From: a candidate division WOR-3 bacterium
Lineage (GTDB): Bacteria; Hydrothermota; UBA3072; B12-G15
DNA length: 22,885 bases
Reading direction: 5' to 3'
NCBI GenBank assembly: GCA_965649055.1
Contig: CBFGJG010000033.1
Coordinates: 1-22,885 of the forward strand
The position numbers and the translations under genes were made by a program. Below the pieces are notes generated by a model. That model was not told the DNA's origin and made no database searches. It worked only from the letters and a program-made list of their open reading frames with translations. This document shows positions 8,573-18,741 of the stretch, piece by piece (positions within the stretch are counted from its first letter, which is position 1; the number at the start of each line of letters is the position of its first letter).

Positions 8573-9662
8573 AAAGATAGATTTATATATCTTAAAAGAA
8601 TCAATTGTTCCTTTCTTTTTTGGTTTCTTTGTTTTTACATTTGTTCTTCTTATGGATAATATCTTCAAACTAATTGATTATATAGTTGGGAAGAAAGTGG
8701 AACCTGTTTATATTTTACAGATTATTATTTATGTTTTGCCTTTCATTTTTTCGATGACAATCCCGATGGCGGTTCTTGTGAGTATGATATCTTCTTTTGG
8801 TAGATTGAGCAGTGATTCTGAGATTATTGCAGTTAAATCTTTTGGAGTAAATCCGTTAAGGATTTTATTCTTACCAATAATAACATCGGTGATAATTTTT
8901 TTATCTATGTCTTTATTCAGCAATTTTGTCGTCCCGGAAGCAAATTACAGGATGAAAAAGACACTGATGATAATAACAAGAAAAAATCCTTCATTGAATC
9001 TCAGGGAACATATATTCAATAAAATATATGAAAACTATACAATCTGGGCTGAAAAGATAGATCAGTCAAAAGGAAGGCTTGAGAATGTCCAGTTTATAGA
9101 AAGAATCAGGGGAAAAGAAAAAAGGATAATAATTTCAGGTGAATGTATTATGAAGGTTATGAATGATACATTGTTTTTAAATTTTAAAGATGGAGAAATA
9201 CACGAGATAGATGAAACTGTATTATCAAAATACAGGATATTGAATTTTAAAAATTACCTGTTCAGGATACCTTTACCGGAAGAAAGTTCAATAAAAAAAA
9301 TTTACAGGGGTAAAAGGGAAATGACTCTATTTCAGATTTTAGATGAGATGAAAAAAATAAAAGATAAGAATACAAGATGGAGATATTTAATAGAGATAAA
9401 TAAAAATTTTGCTATTCCGCTTGCATCGATACTTTTTGTCCTTGTTGGTTCCGGAATTGGTATGGGGGCAAGAGTAGGTGGATTAAGTATAGGTGTTACC
9501 GCAAGTTTTTTCATATTTATAATTTATTATATTCTTTTGGTATTTGGTGAAGAACTTGCAGAAAGGAATATACTTCATCCCGGTATAGGTATATGGATAC
9601 CAAATCTTTTCCTTTTAATTGTGAGTATTTATATTTATCATAGGGAAATATATGGGAAATAA
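8532..9662 (+). CDS. lptF: LPS export ABC transporter permease, LptF/LptG family (LptF by position); start codon uncertain
   Basis: KIDLYILKE, TIPMAVL, GRLSSDSEIIAVKSFGVN; three N-terminal TMs, a periplasmic domain, then C-terminal TMs with WIPN. Confidence 0.88.
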   Translation: MNTKGSSFLLPRCRKIDLYILKESIVPFFFGFFVFTFVLLMDNIFKLIDYIVGKKVEPVYILQIIIYVLPFIFSMTIPMAVLVSMISSFGRLSSDSEIIAVKSFGVNPLRILFLPIITSVIIFLSMSLFSNFVVPEANYRMKKTLMIITRKNPSLNLREHIFNKIYENYTIWAEKIDQSKGRLENVQFIERIRGKEKRIIISGECIMKVMNDTLFLNFKDGEIHEIDETVLSKYRILNFKNYLFRIPLPEESSIKKIYRGKREMTLFQILDEMKKIKDKNTRWRYLIEINKNFAIPLASILFVLVGSGIGMGARVGGLSIGVTASFFIFIIYYILLVFGEELAERNILHPGIGIWIPNLFLLIVSIYIYHREIYGK

Positions 9663-10722
9663 AAAAATTGAAAGATATATATTAAAATATTTTCTGCTCT
9701 CAATATTGTTCACATTAATAGGTATTGTTTTTATATATGTAATTGTAGATTTTTTCGAAAGGATAGGTATATATGTCGACAGAAAGGTCAATCCTTTAAA
9801 TATTATTGTTTATTATCTGTTATTCTCTCCATCACTTGTTATCCTTGTTTTACCACTTGTCTTTCTTTTGAGTGTTTATTTCTCACTTGGAAGGCTTACA
9901 AAGAACAATGAAATCCTTGCAATGAATAGCCTTGGAATTTCCTTATTTCAGATTTATAAACCAATATTTTTTTATTCTTTAATCCTATATATTTTCTTTG
10001 CATTATTCAACTCCTTTGTTGTCCCATACACGACATTTAAAAAAAACTACTGGTGGAGGAAGGAGATTTTAGGTAGTGATTATACACCTACAACCTATAG
10101 ACAGAGGAATGTCTCAATCATCACTGAATCAGGATGGTATCTTTATATTGAAAGTATACACAGGAATGAGATGGTAAATATTGACATGGTTTATATTAAA
10201 GATGGAAGGATTAAAAAAAGGATTATAGCAAGGAAAGGTGTTTATAATGAAAGATGGCAATTTTCTGATGTTTATATAAGGGAGTTTGAAGATGGAGAAG
10301 AAAGATATAATGCTTTGCCTATTTATTACGCTGATTTTTTAAAAGAAAGACCACAGGATATAATAAAGAAAAGGGAGACACCTGAAGAGATGAATTCTTT
10401 TATCCTGTATAAATATCTAAAAGCAATGTCAAGAAAGGGATTTCCTATGGAAAAAGAAACGGTTGAATTTTATTTAAGATACACATACACTATGATATCT
10501 TTAATACTTGTCCTTTATGGTTGTCCTCTGGCAGTTTCTGCAAAAAAAAGAGGTCTTTCATTCGGTTTAGGTTGGGGGCTTTTTTTATCATTTCTTTTCT
10601 GGGGTATTGTTCAGTATTTCAGGGCACTTGGTCTTAAAGGTGTCTTATCACCATTTTATTCAGTCTCAATCCCGATGTTTATTTTCTTGATAATAGGGAT
10701 TGTTCTGATGATAAAAAGTTAA
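9652..10722 (+). CDS. lptG: LPS export ABC transporter permease, LptF/LptG family (LptG by position)
   Basis: KIERYILK, GRLTKNNEILAMNSLGIS, PEEMN; same topology as the upstream paralogue, which it overlaps. Confidence 0.88.
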   Translation: MGNKKIERYILKYFLLSILFTLIGIVFIYVIVDFFERIGIYVDRKVNPLNIIVYYLLFSPSLVILVLPLVFLLSVYFSLGRLTKNNEILAMNSLGISLFQIYKPIFFYSLILYIFFALFNSFVVPYTTFKKNYWWRKEILGSDYTPTTYRQRNVSIITESGWYLYIESIHRNEMVNIDMVYIKDGRIKKRIIARKGVYNERWQFSDVYIREFEDGEERYNALPIYYADFLKERPQDIIKKRETPEEMNSFILYKYLKAMSRKGFPMEKETVEFYLRYTYTMISLILVLYGCPLAVSAKKRGLSFGLGWGLFLSFLFWGIVQYFRALGLKGVLSPFYSVSIPMFIFLIIGIVLMIKS

Positions 10723-10727
10723 TATTT

Positions 10728-12200
10728 TTATATCCTGTTATATATTTTAGTAAGTTTTAAAAGATTATCTGAGATTCTTTTTTCAAAATTTCCGTTGAAT
10801 CTCCATCGCCAGTTACCTTCATTTTTCCCCGGTATATTCATCCTTGCACCCGAATCAAGGTTGAAAATATCCTGTAATGGAATTATTGAATATCTTGAGA
10901 CTGACATCATAGCAAGCCTTATAAAAACCCAGTTTACAAATTCTTCTTTTACCTTGTATCCAACATAATAGTTTAGATTTTCCTTCTCTTCATCTGTTGC
11001 ATTTTTAAACCATCCTCTTACAGTATCAGTATCATGTGTTCCGGTATATACAACTGAATTCTCTATATGATTGTGTAGAACATATGGATTTTTTGATATA
11101 TCACCACCGAATGCAAATACAAGAACCTTCATACTCAAAAATCCAAAATCCTTTATTAATTCTCTAACATCAGGTGTTATAATTCCAAGGTCTTCTGCAA
11201 TCACTGGAATATTAGGATAGAAAAGTAAAACTTTTTTGAACAATTCTTCACCTGGACCTTTTTCCCAATGACCATTTATTGCTGTTTTTTCTCCATAAGG
11301 GATTTCCCAGAAACCACAGAATCCTCTGAAATGGTCTATCCTTATAAAATCAAAGTTTTTCAAATAAAAACCTATCCTTTTTATCCACCAATCATAATTT
11401 CTTTCTTTTAACCTTTCCCAGTTATAAACAGGATTACCCCATAGCTGCCCGGTATTGCTGAAATAATCAGGTGGAACACCAGAAACAAATATTGGTCTAA
11501 GATTATGGTCAAGTTTAAAGATATCCGGATTTGCCCATACATCCGGACTATCAAAACTTACATATATAGGTAAATCACCTATTATCTGAATTCCTTTTTC
11601 ATTGCAGTATCTTTTTAATTTGCTCCATTGTTTATAAAAAATATACTGGAAGAATTTATGTTTCTCTATTTCTTTTTTCAATTCATTGTTATAATAATTT
11701 ATGGTATCTGGATTTCTTCTTTTAAGACCATCTTCCCAATCACACCATACACTTCCATTATATCTTTCTTTAAGTGCACAGAATAATGCAAAATCTTCAA
11801 GCCAGAAATTATTCTCTTCACAGAAATTTTCGTATTCCTGATTTATCTTAAATCTTTCAAATGCCTTTTCTAATATTTCTCTTTTAAATCTATAAACATT
11901 GTTGTAATCTACATAATCTTTATTTTCATCATTAAATGAAATTTCATCTTCTCTTAAAAATCCATCCTGAATTAGTAATTCAGGTGATATGAAAATTGTA
12001 TTCCCGGCAAATGTTGAGTAATTATTGTAAGGTGAGTTACCAAACTCGTTCAAGGTAGGATTTACCGGTAATATTTGCCATAGTGTCTGTCCGGATGATA
12101 GAAGAAAATCTGCAAATCTGTATGCAGAATATCCTAAATCACCTATTCCAAATTCTGATGGAAGTGAACTTATATGCATTAGTATACCTGATTTTCTCAT
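10728..12200 (-). CDS. malQ: 4-alpha-glucanotransferase (amylomaltase, GH77)
   Basis: RKSGILMHISSLP, GVPPDYFSNTGQLWGNP, RIDHFRG, IAEDLG, YTGTHD, RMNIPG, NWRWR. ATGA overlap with the upstream gene. Confidence 0.97.
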   Translation of the reverse strand: MRKSGILMHISSLPSEFGIGDLGYSAYRFADFLLSSGQTLWQILPVNPTLNEFGNSPYNNYSTFAGNTIFISPELLIQDGFLREDEISFNDENKDYVDYNNVYRFKREILEKAFERFKINQEYENFCEENNFWLEDFALFCALKERYNGSVWCDWEDGLKRRNPDTINYYNNELKKEIEKHKFFQYIFYKQWSKLKRYCNEKGIQIIGDLPIYVSFDSPDVWANPDIFKLDHNLRPIFVSGVPPDYFSNTGQLWGNPVYNWERLKERNYDWWIKRIGFYLKNFDFIRIDHFRGFCGFWEIPYGEKTAINGHWEKGPGEELFKKVLLFYPNIPVIAEDLGIITPDVRELIKDFGFLSMKVLVFAFGGDISKNPYVLHNHIENSVVYTGTHDTDTVRGWFKNATDEEKENLNYYVGYKVKEEFVNWVFIRLAMMSVSRYSIIPLQDIFNLDSGARMNIPGKNEGNWRWRFNGNFEKRISDNLLKLTKIYNRI

Positions 12201-14608
12201 TCTTCCTCCAGATGAACATAAAGGTAATCCATAAGTGTTTCAAATATGTTTATCCAATTTTTGGCATCTTCTTCGCCTTTATCTGCCTTTTCAGATTTCT
12301 CCTTATAGTATTTTTCACCAAGATAAAAATATAGATTCTGGGCCTTCCAAAGGTTTAATTCAATATTATATTTTTTAGCAACCTTCAAGAATCCTTCTAT
12401 CTTTGAAAGAATCTCTATATTATCCGGGGTTTCCATAAGGCTATTAAACAGATTATTTACAGTATCGGTTAACAAAAATCCTAATTTTATTCTATCTATC
12501 TTTACAGACATCCTTTTTAATTCTTCAAGGATTCCATCTAACATTGAAGGGTCTGAATTTAACCTTATAGCGTCATTTGCCTTAGAATTCAGAACATATT
12601 CAATTGTATCCTGGATTATCTTCGGGAAAGGTGTCTTTGTTTCAAACAAGAAATTAAGAATCCCTGAATTTTTTTCATAAAATTCAATCAAAGAAAACCT
12701 GATTTCTTTGTATGTTTCCATCAGTATTGTATCAATTATCTTTCTCTGTTCATCTTTAAAAAGATTAAGTAATGAATAAGTGTGTTCATTGAATACTGTA
12801 TCAATTTCTCTTATAAGATTTGTAATCTCTCCTTTTTTGAATATATCAGCAAGTTTTTTTACTTTAAAATAATTTTCATTAGAATTTTCTATTATTCCGC
12901 ATAATACATTCTGATCTCCAAGATGTAAAACTGCATATATAAAATCTTTGAATTCATCGGTTCTTTTAGATTTTATCTTTATCTCTCCAATTCTTAACCT
13001 CATACTTCCTGAGAAATGGTCCTCTGATGTGAATGATTCAATTTCGTAGCAGTATAATTCTTTATTAGATTCCTGATTAAATATATTTGAAATAACAAAA
13101 TGTGCCGCTACCTTTTCAAGATTAAGTGCATTAGGAATAACAAAATTTCTGTAAATGAACTCACCATCCTTTAATTCGTTTATGTTACTTTTTGCATCTT
13201 TCAACATATTAATGAATATTTCTTCTATTCTTCCACCATTCAATTCCTCAGCAAGCTGAATTGCCCTTTTTGCGTACATCAATATCTGCTGTGTCTCTAT
13301 GTTTGAAATATCATCAAAGAACCATCCACAACTTGTGAACATCAGATTTCCCATCCTTTCCATCTCGAGAATCTTCAGGATTTTTATTCTTTCTTCATTA
13401 TTTATTTCCTTCTTTTTATATTTTGATATCAGTTCTTCAAATTTTACATTATTCATAAATAAGTCTATGTAATCATTCAACAAATCCTTTGGATTATTAA
13501 CAAATTCTATAATCTTCTCATTGTAAATCTTATCAATCTCGTCTTTTAGATAATCAAGTGCATTTCTTAAAGGTTTTCTCCATTTCTGATTCCAGCCAGG
13601 ATGAGAACCTGTATTACAGCCGCAATCATCCTTCCATCTTTCTATACCATGTGAACAGCTCCAGGATGTATTCTCTATTATCTTCACTTCATATTCAGGG
13701 GGAAATTTGTTCAGAAATTCTGAATAGTTTGTTAGTTTTGCTATCTTTTTTTCTTCAATGTAGTTCAGGCAATAGGATAAAGCCATATCTCCATATTTAT
13801 GGTGATGTCCATAGGTTTCACCATCAGTAGCAATATTAACAATCTGAGGTTCATTTGCATTTGAGAAGGATGAAAGCAATCTTTTAGCAAAATTTTCTCC
13901 GTTCTTCAATAATCCACCAAATGCAACATCGTGTGATATATCTTTATCGTAGAAAAATATAGAAATAGTCCTGTCATCAGGTAATATACAGAGATAAGGT
14001 CTCCTTGTATCTATTTTGCCACCTGAAACATCTATCCATCTTTCTTCGCCTATCTTCCTTATCATTTTAGCCTGATACGGTGAAAGTATAGTGAATCTTA
14101 TCCCATTCTCAGCAAGTATACATAACGTCTCTATATCAACAGCAGTCTCTGGTAGCCACATTCCTAAAGGCAATCTTTTAAATCTATTGTAGAAATCTTT
14201 TATTCCCCATTTAACCTGTGTTATTTTTACTTCCTTCTTTGAAAGCGGCATTATTATATGGTTATAACATTGTGCAATGGCAGAGCCAAAACCACTAAAG
14301 TTTTTTCTTGATTCATAATCTGATTCAATTATCTTATTATATAAATCATTCCTTTTTTTCTCCATCCAGGATAAAAGCGTAGGTCCGAAATTGAAACTTA
14401 TTTTTGTATAGTTGTTCAATATATCTATAATTTTCCCTTTATCATTCAAAATCCTTGAAGCAGTATTTGCCTCATAACATTCTGCTGTTATCCTTTCATT
14501 CCAGTCATGGTATGGATAAGCAGAATCCTGTATCTGGATATCTTCAAGCCAGGGATTCTCCCTTGGCGGCTGATAAAAATGTGCATGAATACATATATAT
14601 CTTTCCAT
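12197..14608 (-). CDS. Glycoside hydrolase family 57 with DUF3536 C-terminal domain
   Basis: HAHFYQPPRENPW, SFNFGPTLLSW, GMWLPETAVD (nucleophile Glu), ATDGETYGHH (acid/base Asp), SWSCSHGIERW, MFTSCGWFFDD. Confidence 0.92.
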   Translation of the reverse strand: MERYICIHAHFYQPPRENPWLEDIQIQDSAYPYHDWNERITAECYEANTASRILNDKGKIIDILNNYTKISFNFGPTLLSWMEKKRNDLYNKIIESDYESRKNFSGFGSAIAQCYNHIIMPLSKKEVKITQVKWGIKDFYNRFKRLPLGMWLPETAVDIETLCILAENGIRFTILSPYQAKMIRKIGEERWIDVSGGKIDTRRPYLCILPDDRTISIFFYDKDISHDVAFGGLLKNGENFAKRLLSSFSNANEPQIVNIATDGETYGHHHKYGDMALSYCLNYIEEKKIAKLTNYSEFLNKFPPEYEVKIIENTSWSCSHGIERWKDDCGCNTGSHPGWNQKWRKPLRNALDYLKDEIDKIYNEKIIEFVNNPKDLLNDYIDLFMNNVKFEELISKYKKKEINNEERIKILKILEMERMGNLMFTSCGWFFDDISNIETQQILMYAKRAIQLAEELNGGRIEEIFINMLKDAKSNINELKDGEFIYRNFVIPNALNLEKVAAHFVISNIFNQESNKELYCYEIESFTSEDHFSGSMRLRIGEIKIKSKRTDEFKDFIYAVLHLGDQNVLCGIIENSNENYFKVKKLADIFKKGEITNLIREIDTVFNEHTYSLLNLFKDEQRKIIDTILMETYKEIRFSLIEFYEKNSGILNFLFETKTPFPKIIQDTIEYVLNSKANDAIRLNSDPSMLDGILEELKRMSVKIDRIKLGFLLTDTVNNLFNSLMETPDNIEILSKIEGFLKVAKKYNIELNLWKAQNLYFYLGEKYYKEKSEKADKGEEDAKNWINIFETLMDYLYVHLEEE

Positions 14609-14610
14609 AA

Positions 14611-16494
14611 TTATCTTTCTAATTTAAGGTAAACCACTCCTAATGGTGGAAATGTTAATGATAAAGAGTATTTTCTTCCGTGTGAAGGAATATATTCTGT
14701 ATGTTTTCCTCCAAAATTCCCCTGCCCAGAACCACCATATTCAACTGCATCACTATTTAATATCTCCTTCCAGAAACCTTTTTCAGGGACTCCAATCCTG
14801 TAGTTATGTCTTGGAACAGGCGTAAAATTACATATTACAAGAATAATTTCCCCTTCTTTACTTTTTCTTAAATAACTTACAACACTTGAATCTGCATCAG
14901 AAAAGTCTATCCATTCAAATCCTTCAGGGGAAAAATCAAGTTCATAAAGTGCTTTTTCATTCCTATAGATTTTGTTTAAATCCCTGACATAGTTTTTTAA
15001 TTTTATATGCGTATCAAAATCCAAAAGATTCCATTCAATTTCTCTATCATGGTTCCATTCATTCCAGACACCTATCTCACCACCCATAAACAGTAATTTT
15101 TTACCGGGATGGGAAAACATATATCCATATAGACACCTTAGATTTGCAAATTTCTGCCATAGATCACCTGGCATTTTTGAAAGTAAAGAGCCCTTACCAT
15201 GGACAACTTCATCATGTGATAATGGAAGAATAAAATTTTCAGTGAATGCATACCATATACTGAATGTGATTAAATCCTGATGATATTTTCTGTGAACAGG
15301 CTCTTTTGAAAAATATCTTAATGTGTCATTCATCCATCCCATCTTCCATTTCATACCGAATCCAAGACCATTTAGATAAACAGGTTTTGTAACAGCAGGC
15401 CATGCAGTTGATTCTTCTGCTATTGTCTGTGTATCATTGAATCTTCCATAAATTTCAACATTAAGTCTTTTAATAAAATCTATTGCTTCAAGATTTTCCC
15501 TTCCACCATATTTATTGGGTATCCACTCACCTTCCTTCCTTGAATAATCAAGATATAGCATTGATGCAACTGCGTCAACCCTTATGCCATCTATATGATA
15601 TTTTTCAAACCAGAATACAGCACTGCTTATTAAGAATTCCCTGACCTCATTCCTTCCATAGTTGAATATTAGACTATTCCAGTCTGGATGGTATCCCTTT
15701 CTTCTATCCTGATGTTCATAAAGGTGTGTTCCATCAAAGAATGAAAGGCCATGTTCATCATTTGGAAAATGGGAAGGAACCCAGTCAAGTATAACACCTA
15801 TATCATTCTGATGTAATTTATCAACAAGGAACATAAAATCCTGTGGAGTTCCATACCTTGATGTTGGTGCAAAATATCCGGTTATCTGGTATCCCCACGA
15901 ACCATAAAATGGATGTTCCATGAGAGGTAAAAATTCAATATGTGTAAAGCCCATTTCTTTTAAATATTTTACAAGTTCCTCTGCAATTTCTCTGTAATTC
16001 AAGAAATGAAAACCTTTTCTTCTCCAGGAACCAAGATGAACTTCATATATTGAAATAGGAGCATCAAGTTTATTTTTTTCTTTTCTTTTTTCCATCCATT
16101 CCTTGTCCTTCCATTCGTAATCAAGTTCCCAGACTATTGATGCTGTCTTTGGTGGTGTCTCAAAGTAAAATCCAACCGGGTCTGATTTTAAGACACAATA
16201 ATTATTATATCTTGACCTTATAAAATATTTGTAAAGGCTTCCCCTTTTTACACCTTTAATAAAACCATCCCATATTCCCGAACCATCTTCACGGGGTTTT
16301 AATGGATTTTTTGAATTATCCCAGTTGTTAAAATCTCCTATAACAGAGACATAAACAGCATCAGGTGCCCATACTGCAAAATATACACCATCATTAACAA
16401 TATGGGCACCTAATTTTTCGTAAATTTTATAATGATTTCCCTGCTTAAAAAGGTAAATATCAAAATCAGTTAAAATTGAATATTTATTTTCCAC
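14611..16494 (-). CDS. glgB: 1,4-alpha-glucan branching enzyme (GH13_9)
   Basis: [55 protein letters not shown] start. Confidence 0.97.
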   Translation of the reverse strand: MENKYSILTDFDIYLFKQGNHYKIYEKLGAHIVNDGVYFAVWAPDAVYVSVIGDFNNWDNSKNPLKPREDGSGIWDGFIKGVKRGSLYKYFIRSRYNNYCVLKSDPVGFYFETPPKTASIVWELDYEWKDKEWMEKRKEKNKLDAPISIYEVHLGSWRRKGFHFLNYREIAEELVKYLKEMGFTHIEFLPLMEHPFYGSWGYQITGYFAPTSRYGTPQDFMFLVDKLHQNDIGVILDWVPSHFPNDEHGLSFFDGTHLYEHQDRRKGYHPDWNSLIFNYGRNEVREFLISSAVFWFEKYHIDGIRVDAVASMLYLDYSRKEGEWIPNKYGGRENLEAIDFIKRLNVEIYGRFNDTQTIAEESTAWPAVTKPVYLNGLGFGMKWKMGWMNDTLRYFSKEPVHRKYHQDLITFSIWYAFTENFILPLSHDEVVHGKGSLLSKMPGDLWQKFANLRCLYGYMFSHPGKKLLFMGGEIGVWNEWNHDREIEWNLLDFDTHIKLKNYVRDLNKIYRNEKALYELDFSPEGFEWIDFSDADSSVVSYLRKSKEGEIILVICNFTPVPRHNYRIGVPEKGFWKEILNSDAVEYGGSGQGNFGGKHTEYIPSHGRKYSLSLTFPPLGVVYLKLER

Positions 16495-16508
16495 AAAAAA
16501 CTCTTATT

Positions 16509-17195
16509 TCAATCTCCTCCGAATCCACCGCCACCAATTACAAGGAAATGAATATATAGACCTTTTAATACAACATTAGGTCCACCAATTATATCAGTAT
16601 TTATCTCTGTAAATTTCCAGTCAGGTTTTGATGGTGAATATACATATCCACCCCTTATGCCGAAAAGTAAACCACCACCTGAACTACCAGTTTTACCAAA
16701 TGCAAGAAGATAGTCAATTCCAATTTCAGCCTTTAGAATAGTATAATTTGAATAGATGGTTGATGTCCTTCCAGGGTTTGAGAAAACACTATCAAATACA
16801 GGTGCTGAGAAACGTTCATCGACCCTTAAAGTAATAGAACCACCGCCAACACCAAAAATTCCTGATAGGCTTAAATCTCCTATCGAAAATAATGTATAGC
16901 CTGCTTCGAATCCACCATAACCAACTGTTAATTTACACAGATAATCATTGCTTGATATATCACTTGAAAAACCATATCCACCTCCACCTATCATAATCTT
17001 GCCAATCCTTGCATATCCAGTTCCACCTTCTGAAAAAATATACTTGTCAATAGAGCCAAAACCTCTTGCGTTAAGAAAGTTATTCAGTTCAGTAAAATCA
17101 AACGCATCAAAACCTATAACATATCCACCACCACCTCCACTACTACTACAGAAAACAACAAAACCTGCTAAAATAAATACAAGGAACTTTCTCAT
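16509..17195 (-). CDS. Exported glycine-rich protein, probable small outer-membrane beta-barrel
   Basis: Signal peptide MRKFLVFILAGFVVFC; alternating Gly/aromatic strands (IMIGGGGYG, VGYGGFEAGY, LSGIFGVGGG, LLFGIRGGYVY, GLYIHFLVIGG). AGGAGG SD at 17205-17200. Confidence 0.6.
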   Translation of the reverse strand: MRKFLVFILAGFVVFCSSSGGGGGYVIGFDAFDFTELNNFLNARGFGSIDKYIFSEGGTGYARIGKIMIGGGGYGFSSDISSNDYLCKLTVGYGGFEAGYTLFSIGDLSLSGIFGVGGGSITLRVDERFSAPVFDSVFSNPGRTSTIYSNYTILKAEIGIDYLLAFGKTGSSGGGLLFGIRGGYVYSPSKPDWKFTEINTDIIGGPNVVLKGLYIHFLVIGGGGFGGD

Positions 17196-17246
17196 TCAAC
17201 CTCCTTTTTTAAGGTTTGATTTAAAACTTTTAAATTTGTTTCAATA

Positions 17247-17275
17247 AATATAATTTGGTAAATTAAATATGTCAA
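17247..17275 (-). promoter_or_regulatory. sigma70 promoter for the barrel-glgB-GH57-malQ operon
   Basis: TTGACA (17275-17270), N17, TATATT (17252-17247). Confidence 0.65.
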
Positions 17276-17392
17276 GAAAAGGATTAAAATTTGTGATTAC
17301 TGTTAATTAATGTTATATAATTGAAGAATTTTGAAATGAAAAAAATATGAATAAAATTAAATTTTATAAATTTTGTCAAATGTCAAATACCT

Positions 17393-18703
17393 TTAATGGA
17401 TTATAATTATCTTCTTAATTTCATTATCTGTTTCTAAAATATAAATTCCTGAAGGAACATTTCCTATAAATATCTTACCTCGTCTACCTCTTATTTCCTT
17501 AACTATTTTACCTGTAATATCATATATCTTACAGTATCTTTTAACATCTATTTCTAATGTCTCAGAATATATTATTATTGATTCTTTCTTAATATCTTCA
17601 GGAACAAATGATGGATTATACTCTGAAATATAATAAATATCTATATTGTGATAATCCGGATAATGACCGCTAAAAATAAGATGAACCTTCCCTATACTAT
17701 CAAGTAGAACATTATTACGTATAGTGAAATTTACATAATCTCGTGGTATTGTCTCACAAACCCAAGAGTTCTCTATTTTTGCATAGTCTAATATATTTGT
17801 TTCAGTTAATGTTGTATCTACACTCCCAAGAATATGGGGTATGTGGTGTCCATCGGTATATACCTGTAAATAAATAAGTTTACTTTTTATCTCTTCCACT
17901 TCATCAAATGGATACTTACTGAAACAAATTGCTATTGAAACTCCTTTTTTGTTTTGCCACTTTTCCCTCCAAGCAACAATTGGAATATCCTCATTATCAA
18001 GATTAATTGTATATGCACAACTATTAGGGTAAAATCTATTTTCCCTTGATATTTTCTTTGGAGTTGACCAGACACCATTTACTCTCATTGAAAAATACAA
18101 ATGATAATAACCCATTGCATCCCTATTTAACCAGATAACATATACTATTCCATTCTTGCATTTTATTACCGGATAATAATTTGCTATTGGAATATTTGAA
18201 ATTAGTTCAGGTGTTGACCATTGATTATTCTTTTTAACAGAATAATATAATCCACCATCGTTATAATCATCAAATACTATATGAACATAAGAACTCTCAT
18301 CAATTGCTATGTTAGGTGTTGAACAGGGATGTAAAAATGAATCTGATAAATTTACAGGTCCTATCCATTGTGAACCATTATGAAACATATAATATATCCT
18401 ACCAGAAGTTGTTCCCATAAGCCTGCAGAATATAATATGTGGATTACCAAGTGTATCAACTGCTATCTTTGCATCCTGAAGTCCATAACCAGTTGTTGGG
18501 TGAAAAATTATCCTTCCTGAATCCGGCCATATACCATTCGTAGTCCTTGTATACCAGAGAAAACAGGAATCGTCATCAGGTCTTGTAGCATATACAACAT
18601 GTTTCTCTGAATACCTATCAATTGCTGCATGAGGATATTGAACCGGTAATTCACTATTTGAAATATTTAGTGGTATTGTCCAGTAAAAGAATAAAAAACT
18701 CAT
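17393..18703 (-). CDS. Secreted beta-repeat (propeller-like) protein with T9SS type A-like C-terminal domain
   Basis: Repeats of IAVD..G.PHI.F/W...IYY....G.WS.P..IS; C-terminal KIYDITGKIV...VPSGIYIL...KKIIIIH. GGAGG SD at 18712-18708. Confidence 0.75.
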   Translation of the reverse strand: MSFLFFYWTIPLNISNSELPVQYPHAAIDRYSEKHVVYATRPDDDSCFLWYTRTTNGIWPDSGRIIFHPTTGYGLQDAKIAVDTLGNPHIIFCRLMGTTSGRIYYMFHNGSQWIGPVNLSDSFLHPCSTPNIAIDESSYVHIVFDDYNDGGLYYSVKKNNQWSTPELISNIPIANYYPVIKCKNGIVYVIWLNRDAMGYYHLYFSMRVNGVWSTPKKISRENRFYPNSCAYTINLDNEDIPIVAWREKWQNKKGVSIAICFSKYPFDEVEEIKSKLIYLQVYTDGHHIPHILGSVDTTLTETNILDYAKIENSWVCETIPRDYVNFTIRNNVLLDSIGKVHLIFSGHYPDYHNIDIYYISEYNPSFVPEDIKKESIIIYSETLEIDVKRYCKIYDITGKIVKEIRGRRGKIFIGNVPSGIYILETDNEIKKIIIIH

Positions 18704-18714
18704 AAAACCTCCAG

Positions 18715-18741
18715 TAAGGTAGGGGGTTTCCCCCTACCTTA
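18715..18741. other. Perfect 12-bp hairpin spanning the peptidase stop codon
   Basis: TAAGGTAGGGGG (18715-18726), TTT loop, CCCCCTACCTTA (18730-18741). On the minus strand it is followed by CTGGAGG rather than a U-tract. Confidence 0.8.

Noticed and set aside
2388..9300. A8-A9/T8-T9 homopolymers in coding regions as phase-variation tracts
   Set aside because: They are expected at this AT content (Lys/Phe codons), and the reading frames are intact.
10720..10730. Terminator between the convergent lptG and malQ genes
   Set aside because: Only 5 nt separate the stop codons and no convincing hairpin is visible.
17125..17150. (CCA)n/(CTA)n trinucleotide run
   Set aside because: It simply encodes CSSSGGGGG after the signal peptide. 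It is imperfect and frame-preserving.
17374..17387. Tandem TGTCAAA TGTCAAA (two TTGACA on the minus strand)
   Set aside because: Neither copy has a good -10 at 16-18 nt spacing, and a better promoter exists at 17247-17275.
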